64,000 nt of DNA from the NCBI RefSeq assembly GCF_050920415.1, contig NZ_CP169309.1; one strand, written 5' to 3'. Position 1 is the stretch's first letter, and every line of letters begins with the position of its first letter. Both the position numbers and the translations under genes were made by a program. Under the pieces are notes generated by a model. That model made no database searches, was not told the origin of the DNA, and worked only from the letters and a program-made list of their open reading frames with translations. Below, one piece after another: positions 63,738 to 64,000 of this stretch. Origin of the DNA: Escherichia coli. GTDB taxonomy: Bacteria; Pseudomonadota; Gammaproteobacteria; Enterobacterales; Enterobacteriaceae.

Positions 63738-64000
63738 ATGGCGCACGATACCAAATTACACAATTCTGATGATTCTGCCGTCTTTGCCAGCAGGTGCGGA
63801 CGGCGTTTTCACGCATTCAAATCGGACTGGTTCCAGCATTCTCCATGCACTGAAGAACAGGCTGAATGGTTAATTCATTGCTACCGCAGACGCGGATACG
63901 AGATTAAGAAAGCCCTCAGCCCCGATTATCGTCACTGGATAATCTACGTCAGGCTTCCTTATTCCGAACGCCCACCGCGTCAGTCCCGCACATTCCAGCA
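63738..64000 (+). CDS. Partial ORF (at least 87 codons, runs off the window end), hypothetical
   Basis: ATG at 63738 opens MAHDTKLHNSDDSAVFASRCGRRFHAFKSDWFQHSPCTEEQAEWLIHCYRRRGYEIKK... with no stop before the window end; not in the ORF track. Confidence 0.3.
   Translation, partial: MAHDTKLHNSDDSAVFASRCGRRFHAFKSDWFQHSPCTEEQAEWLIHCYRRRGYEIKKALSPDYRHWIIYVRLPYSERPPRQSRTFQ

Overview
The window is an Enterobacterial (Escherichia coli-type) chromosomal segment from the replication-terminus region, followed by a lambdoid prophage. From 1 to about 48.4 kb the gene order matches, from memory, the E. coli K-12 interval malY-malX-malI-hdhA-uidRABC-ydgA-manA-fumA-fumC-tus-rstBA-ydgC-folM-ydgI-ydgH-pntAB-tqsA-mdtJI-ydgD-ydgU-asr-ynfM-ynfL-mlc-ynfK-clcB-dmsD-ynfHGFE-ynfDC-speG-ynfBA-rspAB, read in reverse orientation, and includes the Tus-binding TerB site next to tus. 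Two departures from the expected reference state are visible in the ynfEFGH-dmsD operon: ynfE is split into two overlapping ORFs in different frames, and ynfG has no stop codon and reads straight into ynfH. From about 48.4 kb to the window end there is a prophage inserted at the ydfJ (Qin) site: tyrosine integrase, excisionase-like gene, a large RecE-like protein whose C-terminus carries DEDDh-type exonuclease motifs, a CI-like repressor and Cro-like gene with palindromic operators, a YdaT-like gene, and a replication-initiator gene interrupted by an IS3-family element with a 3-bp CTG target duplication. Distal to that lies an AT-rich cargo island (about 58.9-62.9 kb) that is the best candidate for an undescribed system: a two-gene cassette with an Abi_C/HEPN-like protein, an operon of a zeta-toxin/PNK-type P-loop kinase with an unknown 208-aa partner, and a 29-aa hydrophobic peptide ORF with a perfect Shine-Dalgarno, all just upstream of a hok-family toxin gene. 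No rRNA, tRNA or CRISPR array was seen. All identifications rest on reading the translated ORFs and recalling protein families; no database search was run.
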